Assembly (NCBI GenBank): GCA_964187785.1
Contig: OZ076411.1
Location: forward strand, 35,836,001-35,900,000
Length of the DNA: 64,000 nt
Direction of reading: 5' to 3'
Source: Amphiscolops sp. MND2022
Lineage: Eukaryota
Within the stretch, counting starts at the first letter, position 1; each line of letters starts with the position of its first letter. The notes under the pieces are model-generated. The model did not search any database and had not been told where the DNA came from. It saw only the letters and a program-made list of their open reading frames with translations. Both the position numbers and the translations under genes were made by a program. Positions 30,859-42,856 of this stretch are shown here, one piece after another.

Positions 30859-33800
30859 TTCTACAAAAAACAGCCTAAATATCTTAAAAAACCTCGAAAA
30901 GCCTGCTTTGGACCTAGTTTTATCATCTGGTGCTTTTCGAAGCGTTTGTTTTACCGAAGTTTTCCAATCTCAAAAAAAATTTACTGAAATTGTCAGTAAT
31001 TGACAAAAATGTCGACATTTTCGACTTTTTGCGGTTACTTTTGAGCCATTTTTCAACCAAAGTCTGCAAATTATGAATTCAGTTTTTGTTGAACGTTTGC
31101 CAACATTCTGACTCCAAAACGATTCAAAAATTACACAAGTTGCACAAAACCGAAGATGTTGGATATTTTCCACTGCTTTGGAGTCATTCTGAAGTGTTAT
31201 TAAAGCAAAACGTTGTACCATTCTCTTCAAAACATGTAATGCATAGCTCGTTTTTCCGTTGTTAAGTTGATTGTATTGGAACTTAGAACGAAATCTCACA
31301 GAAATTGTACAGAAGTTGCATCAAAAACGACAAAAACTTCAATTTTTTTGACATTTCAGGGTCAATTTGATGCATTTTCTTTCACAAATTGAACTTATCT
31401 CGTGGCAAAAGCTAACCAAAACAACAAATTTGCGCATGCTTTAGGAGTTTCAACATTTTAGTGCACGAAGTCTTTCGATATTTTGACAAAAATTGAACAA
31501 AAAATAGTGAAAATTGAAAAAAAATCGTAATTTTGTCTTTTTTGATGTCAATTCCGGACAGTTTCCGTTTGAAAAACTGCATTTATCTCTTTGCTAAGCA
31601 TACTGGAAAAATTCTTTCCTTGTTGACCCGTTTCAACGTAACAAGTGGCGAAGTTTTTTGAGAAATTTGGAAAAAATGTATAAAACCTTTGAAAATCGGA
31701 AAATTTTGCGACTTCTTTCATTTTTGGTGTCAATTTGAGATATTTTCACATAGAAAGCTGCAGTAAACTCTTCGGAAAAGCCTACTCGACAAAATATTTT
31801 TTCTTTGTTGACCTTTATCAACGTTCCAATTGACGAAGTCTGTCGAAAATTTGGGAAAAATGCATAATACCATTGGAAATGAGAAAATTTTGGGATTTTT
31901 GTCCTTTTCGGTGTCAATATGAAACATTTTCACTCAAAACATTATCTCTTCAAAGAAATATTGGACATTCAATTTTTTCCTTGTTGACCCTTCAAATCAT
32001 TCCAATCCATGAAGTCTGTCGAAACTTTTACAAAAAATTCATAAAAACTTTGAAAAATGGAAAGTTTTGGATTTTGTCCTTTTCGGTGTCAATTTGAGAT
32101 ATTTCCACTTAGGAAATTGCAGTAAACTCTTCGGAAATGCCTACTCGACAATACATTCTTTCCTTATCGACCCTTTCAAACGTTACAGTTGACGAAGCCT
32201 TTCGTTCTACAAATTCTACAAAAAACAGCCCAAATATCCTAAAAAACCTCGAAAAGCCTGCTTTGGACCTAGTTTTATCATCTGATGCTTTTCGAAGCGT
32301 TTGTTTTACCGAAGTTTTCCAATCTCAAAAAAATTCACTGAAATTGTCAGTAATTGACAAAAATGTCGACATTTTCGACTTTTTGCGGTTACTTTTGAGC
32401 CATTTTTCAACCGAAGTCTGCAAGTTATGAATTCAGTTTTTGTTGAACGTTTGCCAACATTCTGACTCCAAAACGATTCAAAAATTACACAAGTTGCACA
32501 AAACCGAAGATGTTGGATATTTTCCACTGCTTTGGAGTCATTCTGAAGTGTTATTAAAGCAAAACGTTGTAACGTTCTCTTCAAAACATGTAATGCATAG
32601 CTCGTTTTTCCGTTGTTAAGTTGATTGTATTGGAACTTGGAACGAAATCTCACAGAAATTGTACAGAAGTTGCATCAAAAACGACAAAAACTTCAATTTT
32701 TTTTGACATTTCAGGGTCAATTTGATGCATTTTCTTTCACAAATTGAACTTATCTCGTGGCAAAAGCTAACCAAAACAACAAATTTGCGCATGCTTTAGG
32801 AGTTTCAACATTTTAGTGCACGAAGTCTTTCGATATTTTGACAAAAATTGAACAAAAAATAGTGAAAATTGAAAAAAAATCGTAATTTTGTCTTTTTTGA
32901 TGTCAATTCCGGACAGTTTCCGTTTGAAAAACTGCATTTATCTCTTTGCTAAGCATACTGGAAAAATTCTTTCCTTGTTGACCCGTTTCAACGTAACAAG
33001 TGGCGAAGTTTTTTGAGAAATTTGGAAAAAATGTATAAAACCTTTGAAAATCGGAAAATTTTGCGACTTCTTTCATTTTTGGTGTCAATTTGAGATATTT
33101 TCACATAGAAAGCTGCAGTAAACTCTTCGGAAAAGCCTACTCGACAAAATATTTTTTCTTTGTTGACCTTTATCAACGTTCCAATTGACGAAGTCTGTCG
33201 AAAATTTGGGAAAAATGCATAAAACCATTGGAAATGAGAAAATTTTGGGATTTTTGTCCTTTTCGGTGTCAATATGAAACATTTTCACTCAGAACATTAT
33301 CTCTTCAAAGAAATATTGGACATTCAATTTTTTCCTTGTTGACCCTTCAAATCATTCCAATCCATGAAGTCTGTCGAAACTTTTACAAAAAATTCATAAA
33401 AACTTTGAAAAATGGAAAGTTTTGGATTTTGTCCTTTTCGGTGTCAATTTGAGATATTTCCACTTAGGAAATTGCAGTAAATTCTTCGGAAATGCCTACT
33501 CGACAATACATTCTTTCCTTATCGACCCTTTTAAACGTTACAGTTGACGAAGCCTTTCGTTCTACAAATTCTACAAAAAACAGCCCAAATATCCTAAAAA
33601 ACCTCGAAAAGCCTGCTTTGGACCTAGTTTTATCATCTGATGCTTTTCGAAGCGTTTGTTTTACCGAAGTTTTCCAATCTCAAAAAAAATTCACTGAAAT
33701 TGTCAGTAATGTACAAAAATGTCGACATTTTCGACTTTTTGCGGTTACTTTTGAGCCATTTTTCACCCGAAGTCTGCAAGTTATGAATTCAGTTTTTGTT

Positions 33801-35382
33801 GAACGTTTGCCAACATTCTGACTCCAAAACGATTCAAAAATTACACAAGTTGCACAAAACCGAAGATGTTGGATATTTTCCACTGCTTTGGAGTCATTCT
33901 GAAGTGTTATTAAAGCAAAACGTTGTAACGGTCTCTTCAAAACATGCAATGCATAGCTCGTTTTTCCGTTGTTAAGTTGATTGTATTGGAACTTAGAACG
34001 AAATCTCACAGAAATTGTACAGAAGTTGCATCAAAAACGACAAAAACTTCAATTTTTTTGACATTTCAGGGTCAATTTGATGCATTTTCTTTCACAAATT
34101 GAACTTATCTCGTGGCAAAAGCTCACCAAAACAACAAATTTGCCCATGCTTTAGGAGTTTCGACATTTTAGTGCACGAAGTCTTTCGGTATTTTGACAAA
34201 AATTGAACAAAAAATAGTGAAAATTGAAAAAAATTCGTAATTTTGTCTTCTTTGATGTCAATTCCGGACAGTTTCCGTTTGAAAAACAGTATTTATCTCT
34301 TTGCTAAGCATACTGGAAAAATTCTTTCCTTGTTGACCCGTTTCAACGTAACAAGTGGCGAAGTTTTTCGAGAAATTTGGAAAAAATGTATAAAACCTTT
34401 GAAAATCGGAAAATTTTGCGACTTCTTTCATTTTTGGTGTCAATTTGAGATATTTTCACATAGAAAGCTGCAGTAAACTCTTCGGAAAAGCCTACTCGAC
34501 AAAATATTCTTTCTTTGTTGACCTTTATCAACGTTCCAATTGACGAAGTCTGTCGAAAATTTGGGAAAAATGCATAAAACCATTGGAAATGAGAAAAATT
34601 TTGGATTTTGTCCTTTTCGGTGTCAATTTGAGATATTTCCACTTAGGAAATTGCAGTAAACTCTTCGGAAATGCCTACTCGACAATACATTCTTTCCTTA
34701 TCGACTCTTTCAAACGTTACAGTTGACGAAGCCTTTCGTTCTACAAATTCTACAAAAAACAGCCCAAATATCCTAAAAAACCTCGGAAAGCCTGCTTTGG
34801 ACCTAGTATTATCATCTGGTGCTTTTCGAAGCGTTTGTTTTACCGAAGTTTTCCAATCTCAAAAAAAATTCACTGAAATTGTCAGTAATTGACAAAAATG
34901 TTGACATTTTCGACTTTTTGCGGTTACATTTGAGCCATTTTTCAACAGAAGTCTGCAAGTTATGAATTCAGTTTTTGTTGAACGTTTGCCAACATTCTGA
35001 ATCCAAAACGATTAAAAAATTACACAAGTTGCACAAAACCGAAGATGTTGGATATTTTCCACTGCTTTGGAGTCATTCTGAAGTGTTATTAAAGCAAAAC
35101 GTTGTAACGTTCTCTTCAAAACATGTAATGCATAGCTCGTTTTTCCGTTGTTAAGTTGATTGTATTGGAACTTGGAACGAAATCTCACAGAAATTGTACA
35201 GAAGTTGCATCAAAAACGACAAAAACTTCAATTTTTTTTGAAATTTCAGGGTCAATTTGATGCATTTTCTTTCACAAATTGAACTTATCTCGTGGCAAAA
35301 GCTTACCAAAACAACAAATTTGCCCATGATTTAGGAGTTTCAACATTTTAGTGCACGAAGTCTTTCGATATTTTGACAAAAT
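30859..35382. repeat. Satellite with a 1355-bp higher-order unit (starts 30859, 32214, 33569, 34748) made of diverged ~180-bp monomers
   Basis: Near-identical units; third unit is 176 bp shorter; fourth is truncated; internal motif ttgttgacc/ttatcgacc recurs about every 180 bp. Confidence 0.93.
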
Positions 35383-38300
35383 TTGATCCCACTGGTTCCT
35401 TCCCGTAGCGATTTGGCACTTGAAAGAATTTGAATTTGTAGTCCGAACGGACGTGTTGGCTAATTCGTAGGCATGAGTTTATCACTTTTTTGATAAAGTC
35501 TGATGACCAGGGGAATCGGAACGGTTGTCCATTGAGGTCAACTGGAGCGTTGTACCAGTTGATGGGACCGTATTCCCGTGGTAGAACAGCGGCTTTGGGC
35601 GAACGGGCACGGGCAACACCCATCATGTTCTCCTCCGCTTGTTGCTCGGTTTTGATGGTGATATATGCTTGGGGCATTTCACCACTAAGTGTCTCCGTAT
35701 CATCTGTTCATATTTCATGGGTGGGCTTCCTTGAAGGTAAGTAAAGATAGACACGCTAGGGACGCAGGCTTGGTTGGATAGCACAACAGTCCTAGAGGTC
35801 CAACGATTGGAATTAAGACAAGAGCCACTACTGGGACTAGATCTTCTACCTCGGCTAGCGTCAGGTCCGCTAGTTGCTGCGGCATTGGAAAGCCGGGATT
35901 CTCAAGAGGCAGTTGCGCATCTGAATCGTGTAGGGGTTGAGCTTGGTCCACTCCTACAAATAAGCCTGATGCATAGACCAGTGTTGAATAGGGCCAGTGT
36001 TGCACGGAAATTCTCATTCGGAACGGGAGCTCATTGTTATTGTGTCCGTTCTGGAGGAAGAGGATTTCTCCGCATCCAAGCAGGCTGGTCAGCTTTCCTT
36101 GGGCCTTAACAAATTTGTATAGAACTCTAACACTCCACTAGAGGTAACCAAGTCTACAACAATGGCTAGAGGACCAGCCACAAACTTGGTGGCCCAAGGG
36201 CTAGCGCAAGGGCTAACACCTCGTTCACTGAAGTTCCCCTTAGCACATCAGTAAGTTTTTGTATTTGTCCGTCGGTTAGGTTGAATTCGTCTGCAATGAC
36301 GTCCATGTGCCAGCCTAACCCAAAACTCGTTACCAGTGCATGGAAGGAAACGGACAATGTTCGGGCTGCAATTTCTAGGGTAACAGTGGCTAGGCGGTCA
36401 TTGTACCAGTCTCCGTACGTGGCCTCTTTGGCTTGCACCAGTTTATTGAGAGTCACGGCCTCGTGGGCCACGATGTGTCTTATACCCAGTGGCATTTTGA
36501 TGATTTCCGTGTTGTCGGCAAATTGAATCTGGGGAATGCTTCGTTCCACCTCGCGGTTAAGTGGCTATCTGCCTAGCTGGTCCCAGACTGCCGCGAGGTC
36601 TGTCGTAATGGTGGTGGGGTGTGCTTCACGCACTTGCCAGTTGTATCTGCGCATATTCTCGCGTTCTGTTATGGTTGCTTCTTGTCTAGTTCGGTTCCCC
36701 GTTTCGTCGAAGGTTAGCATGCCTAGACGCATTCCATGGTCATAATATATCACATCATCCCATGTCAGTTATGCATTGCCATCGCGTTCCACTGGTTGTG
36801 ACAGGCGTGATATTGCTGCCAAGTACGCATGTACTGAAACTGCAGCAGGGCGCAAGTCGGCTTTCACAACGCGCAAGTTAGGCGCACACAAATAGAATTC
36901 GATGCTGCGGGCACTGCAAACTTCTGTCAGTAAATAGACGATTTGTTGAAACATCCCTCCCCAGTACAGCATTCCAGGGGGAGAGACAAACAATGCCGGG
37001 ACCTTCAGGTGGGTACGTATCAATTCTCTCGCACACTCCATTGCAGTTGCTACTCGGTGCAACACTTCAACTACCTCATTCCTTGCCGCTTCGTTGGTTG
37101 ACATTTCGCGCAGTATACGGGGCAGGTTTTCTAGTAGACTTTTGCAGGCCATGTGGTCCATCAAGTTGGCAAAGATAATTCGCCTGGGTGGTGGTTCTCT
37201 CTGAGGGCCTTCGGGGTCTGGAGAGAACATGGCAATGGCCACCTCTGCCATTACGGGCAGTCGTGACAAAGGCATGGTCACGACCAGTACGTCGGGAATG
37301 ATGTTATCAAGTGGAAGGTCGCATGGGACCGTTCAATCAATCATCACGCAGTAGCGCGTGAGCTGGATTGCTTCTTTTGGAACTGGCTTTATTGCTTCCA
37401 GACTTCTGGGATACTGACCGTGGGTTTGCCAGGTTTCGCCAGGCCGTAGCGAGTATCTGGCGCTACATTGCTCGTGTAGATCATTCTGCATGGGACGAAG
37501 ATAGTTGTCATGAGCTGCTGTCAACCGTCTGACCACTCGTTGTTCCCATGCCGCCTCGCCGGTATCGAATATTGGACGAATATTGACAGCTTTTGCAGTT
37601 GAGCTTGGTTGGCGCCTGTTGGCGGCACCTTTTGGCGGTCACGGAACTGTTGCTCGTTCAATCGAGGGGCGACCTGCCAGATGCGATTAGCATCCCTTGT
37701 TACCACGGATCCTGACACGTTGTCCGATTGCGGATAGTACGGAGGGCCCGTGAACTTCTTTCCAGACTTTGCAGTCGAGGAGCTCGATGGCACAGAGTTG
37801 TCAGTACTCTCAGGCACGGAGGCGGGACTTGGAGCCTACCGCTCCATCACTTCACTCATGGCCATTTGAGGTTTGGGTACTCCTTGGTAGCCCACTCCTG
37901 GTGGCTTTTGAATCACCACAGAGCGCGGCACCCTATTTCGTTTTTCTGGCGGAGGACGGCTCGTTGGACAGTCACTGTTGCTAGCTGATTGAGTCAGCTC
38001 GTGTGGCGAGGCTCTCTTGCGACCAAGATCCTCGTCAGAGACGGGTAATAATCCTGGAATTGGCGAAGGAGCTCAATTTCTGGTCGCGCTGATACCAGGT
38101 GTGGTTGGGTCGGTGCTTAGACCTCGATTTTCCCTTGTAGTCAGGCAGCCTTCAGGTTGTCCTGTAGTTCCCAGGAGGTTCTGTAAACCTGGCATTTGCT
38201 TGGACAATGTCTCTACGAAATCTCTGGACTCTGGACTGCCTGAATTACGGCTGGCTCGATGGGAGTCCTGTGCGACATGTCAGGTGCAGTCATACCGGGG

Positions 38301-38800
38301 CGCGTGGAAGGTGGTGCAAAAGATTGTACGGATTGTACCCTAGCACTGGACATTAGACTAGAACTGGAGTTTTCTGGATCCAGTCGAGGGGTAGCACTAA
38401 GAATCATGTGCGGCGCATGGGCCGCGGGAGCACTGGCATAGGGCGCTACTTGGGTTGAGGGAGGTGTCACTGCTTGTGCACTTGGCAAGTACATCGGCTG
38501 AGTTCCCTATTGCGGGAGTACTTGCGCTTGAGGCTGAATCATTGGATGTGCTGGAGGCAAGGGCTGTGGCATTGGCACATTTGCGAGCGGAATTCGCAGG
38601 GTTGCCTCCTGCTCTAATGGCTGTCTGCACACTGGGACCTCTCACTGCAGTAGATCGGTCATCTAAGAAAGGGTGGGTTAGGTCACACCCATCCCATACT
38701 CCATTTCGACAGGTCATAGTGCGCTTATACCCTACCACATCGGCTACTATGGATACGGCTAGACTAGGTGAAGGTGGGCTGGGTCTCCAACTGCGCTAGG
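35383..38800 (-). pseudogene. Fragmented accessory ORF region of element 4, including an SGNH-fold-like segment (36769-37330)
   Basis: Several 100-170-aa minus-strand ORF pieces with protein-like composition downstream of pol. Confidence 0.45.
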
Positions 38801-39169
38801 AGAGCAGTGATTCCGGCCACAGCCGCTGGCGAACTGCCATTGCGCAGCCTCTCTTCAATGAACTGCACTTCATTAAACCTATAGTACTGATGCTGATTAG
38901 CGCTTTGTTAAAACCGGTTCCATAAGGGAACTCGTCAGAGGAAAACATGATTATGAGTAACGATAAACAAAATGCAAGAATGCTGAAGGCATCCTTGAGT
39001 GGGTCTAAATAAAGTGATTAATGACTAAGTTAGGTGAATAGCACAATAAAACCATCTAGAACAACCATAGTTCTCGGTTGGTTGCAACTTGGGAGATGGC
39101 AACTAGGTGGTCTAACACCTACTTCGATGCCTAGAATAGAAACATACACGCGATTGTGTAGTACTACGT

Positions 39170-40128
39170 GAATGTTTGTACTCGATACAGATTAGCTAAG
39201 GAGTATACTGGTCTTTCAGGGTCCAGTATGGGAAAGTGGACCTGAGAGACTCCTCTGTCCTCCAACCATGCCACGAGTTTCCTGAAGCATAGTAGGAAGT
39301 CATCGGCTATTAGCGGTGCACGCTGGTTTGGGCGCGTGATCAGCAGGTGTATCGTTTGGGCGGGTTTGTTGGTAATTGTGGGGGTCAGGGTAAGTATTTC
39401 TCCGACTTGTTCTTTGCACGTCTCCGACATTCCCGTAGCACGTAGCGCATCGATGCCGAACTCGTTTCCAAGTCCGCTGGACACGTCAGGGCGATGTGCC
39501 ATTCGGCTTGCAAAAAATCAGTAGTATCGTATGAGATATATTCCACAATGTCGGGAAGTAAACTACCTTGATACACTATCTCCCGACCGGGTCCGTTGTC
39601 CTGTGGTATGCACACACGTGGGGTGCGACCTTGCATCGCAGCTAGATCCTGCCACACAGAGCGTTGTAGTGCTTGGTTGTCTACGTTCGCTCGCACCCAT
39701 GTGTCCAGCGTGCTTAGTGCTGCCTTAACTTGCAGGGGTTCCTCAAAAGTATGAGTCCATTCGTCTAGCAGACGGATTCGCGGGTAATCAGTGAAACACG
39801 TAATGATTAGCTCCAAACACCAACGGAACTTCACCTTGCCTCGATACCAGTCTATCAGGTGGAAGCAGAGAATCAAGTTTTCCGTTGTGGAAGTCCTGAG
39901 ACTTTCTAAGCACAGTAGCAAATGTTGTGGATTCACCAATGCGTCAACGCGTGAGGCAGTTACCAAGGGCCACCAGTACGGGGCTGGGCTGTAGACACCA
40001 CCTAGTTCTACTTCCACTCCATACCGATCAAGCAACGAGTCAGCGGTGATGCATCTGGCCATTTGCACCGGTTCTCGTTCAAAATTAAATGGTCCAAACA
40101 CAATGCTGGGAGGTACCGGAGGTACCAC
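39170..40128 (-). pseudogene. Two tandem TARG1-like macrodomain units, the second frameshifted
   Basis: Unit 1: MARCITAD...WPLVTASR...LLLCLESLR...ELIITCF..IRLL. Unit 2: IALTCPADL...EQVGEILTL...IHLLITRPNQRAP...LLCFRKL...GVSQVHFP. Confidence 0.65.
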
Positions 40129-41293
40129 AGTCGCTAACGTAAACTCTAAGCCCTAGCCATCGCTGGTCCACTCTTTGAACTGGGGGCATGGTGCTTTTCC
40201 AACGCCCGGTACGGCGATCTGTTGCAAAATCGTCTCGGCTGGGTATTTTTCAGTCCGTTCTACCCCAGAGAAGGTTTTTTCTGCTCGAACGATGATGCCA
40301 AGAACTAGTTTGGCGTGTTGTCGTCACTCCTGGGGGGCTCCCTGAGCTCCAGTGGGAACATCCCGTTTTTCATTCATTGCCAGCACGCATACGCAACCGC
40401 GTAGGCTACATGTGCCACATTTCTATCTGGGCTGTCGTTTGCGTCTCAGCTGGTATCGGTTCTGAGATCCTATCTGAGTGTCCGGTTTTGGTTTTTGCAC
40501 TTTGGGCGCTGTTTTGCCCTGAGCTTTTTGCTGGTGGGTTTTCTTCCGAGGTCTCCCCCTCCCCCTTTTGATAGAAGGAGCGGTGGGTGGTGGTTGTGGT
40601 GACATTGCCGAGGGTATAGCCACTGAGGGTGAAGATGGACCTGAACAAGGCGCAGTAGAATCTTTGGCTTGATCGGGCCAAAGGGGATAAATGCTGAGGT
40701 AGTCAGTAAAGGCGGGTTGAGTCAGCAACGGCGCAGAGGTTCCCGTTAGGGATAGCTCCGATAGCTGCGGAGTATTATCTGACTGTGAAATTTGTAATGA
40801 GGGAGAGCACAATGACTCGTGATCGGAAAACAATTGTGGGAGGCAGCTGAGCATCGAGACATCCGATAAGGAATCGGGTGCCGATGGATAGTTCATTGCT
40901 TCTGGAGGGGGTTGGGTTTGAATTTGTTGTGGTGAATAGGTGGGGATGGGAAGCATCGCCCCCGACGTCTCTTCGTCTGTGTCGGACGTGAAGTAGTCGA
41001 ATTGTTGGTATTGTTGGCGGGTTCCTCCCGCGCGCAGCTTAGGCGTAGTCTAGTATCCATCCAGTGACGCTGACGAGAAGGTAACGAAGCATTCGAGGGC
41101 TCTGAAAGCAGTTGTTCAGTATTATAGGAAAGTTTTGAACAGTCATCATTTATGGGCTCTACAGAGTGTTCAGGCTCTGGGTCGATTACTACGGCAATGT
41201 GGCCAGTGTCGAGAGGGGTAGCGACAAATTCTAGGGGCCACTGGTATGAGGTTTGAGACGCTCGAAGTGGACTTTTTGTCCGGTTTCAATGAT

Positions 41294-42715
41294 TTAAACG
41301 CGTCCGTCCTGCAGGGTGTGTACCACACGGTGTGGGCCACGCCAGGCTCGCATTAGTTTGGGGGAACCCTTCCGGGGAACAAATCGACAGAAAACCCAAA
41401 CCAAGTCGCCTTTTGTATAGGCTTTGGCCCGTATTGCGCGGTCATATTTAAGCTTCTGCTGCAATTGAGCTTGGTGTGTGTTTCTACGCACCAGGTCATG
41501 AATTTCCTGTTGGCGTGCCAACACATGGTCTACATACGCTTCGTGCGTAGGAAAAGACTGAGTGGCAAACTCAGGGTACAAGTACATGAAAGGTGTTGCC
41601 TTTTCCGTACCTCTGGTTAACATGTAGGGCGAGAACCCCGTGGTTGCATGGCGCGTGGAGTTGTAAGCACCGAAGACCTCATCCAGATGCTGATCCCAAT
41701 CGCGCATTCGTCGCGAACAAAAAACACGTAACAATGTAAGTAAAGTGCGGTTTTGGCGTTCCACTAAACCTTGCGTGCTTGGATAGCCAGCAGTGGAGGT
41801 CACCTTTGTGACCTGGGAGGCCTTCATGAACTCGTTGGAGACTTCCACCGTCAGATTCGAAGCATTGTCCGATTGCATCCGCGTGGGTGTGCCATGACGG
41901 GCAAACCCTTTCTGAAGTAGCAATCGAGAAGTGGTGATAGCGTCATACTCGTTATGACTGCATGGGATGGCTTCGGCGAATTTTGAAAAATGGTCGAATA
42001 TGACCAAGATTCTGGTATTACCGTCATCAGTGGGACAGAACTTCATGTGATCGTATTGTACCAACGCAATAGAGTATCCACTTTGAATGTTCTTGAGGTG
42101 GAAGCGTACATCCCCAGGCTTGTCTCGAACCTGTTGGCAAGTGAGACATTGGCTGACGTATTCGCCCACCGTGCGGCGAACTCCAGGCCAGGTGTGGCGT
42201 TCTTGTATTCACGCCACGACGTTACTAATGTCTTGATGTCCCATGGCATCAAGCGCACGAGAAAGGATCTCGTGTTGGTACAACTGAGGCATTACAATCA
42301 TGCAGGGTCGCTCGTGCAGCGGACGCTGTGATGGCGGATACTTCACACAGAGAACACCATTTGAGTTCAAGAACAGTAATTCCTTCTTCTGCTTGAAGTA
42401 GTTGCGAGCAAACGCACGTACATCTTCGGGAAAGAAGTCTTGGTCAATATTTTCACTGTGGACCAACTTTTTGAGTGCAGTGACATGGACGTCTCGGTTT
42501 TGTGCTAGCACAAGATCTTTGATGCCGTCGACAGTGTGGGTGTGCTCGTGCAGCTCAGTATTCACACTGCGAATGGCCATTACTGTCTGCTTGATATGGG
42601 AGGGAGCACTTTGTAGTGCCGCGCCCTCGGTGTTAGCCAAGTCATCGGTGGTTTGTGAAGCTACATTGGTTACGTGCGTGGGTAATAGGTAATCAAGTCG
42701 GGCTTCTTCGCTCAC
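41294..42715 (-). pseudogene. pol: Integrase of element 4
   Basis: MGH...CLTCQQ, QYDH, FDHFSKF, QSDN, QGLVERQNR, GP motif. Confidence 0.92.
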
Positions 42716-42856
42716 ATCTATCCAATCTTCCGGGTGATCGAACTAGAAATCGTCGTGGGCGTGTAGGATAGGAGATGGCAGTGGGGGCAGGGGAACCTGC
42801 AGTGCCTCCTTCTGTTTGACTCGTCGTTTGACTCGTTGTGTGCGGCGGATTACGCG

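Noticed and set aside
30970-34892. Repeated 60-115-aa ORFs in the satellite
   Set aside because: They recur only because the DNA repeats; both strands give overlapping K/F-rich frames with no recognisable motif.
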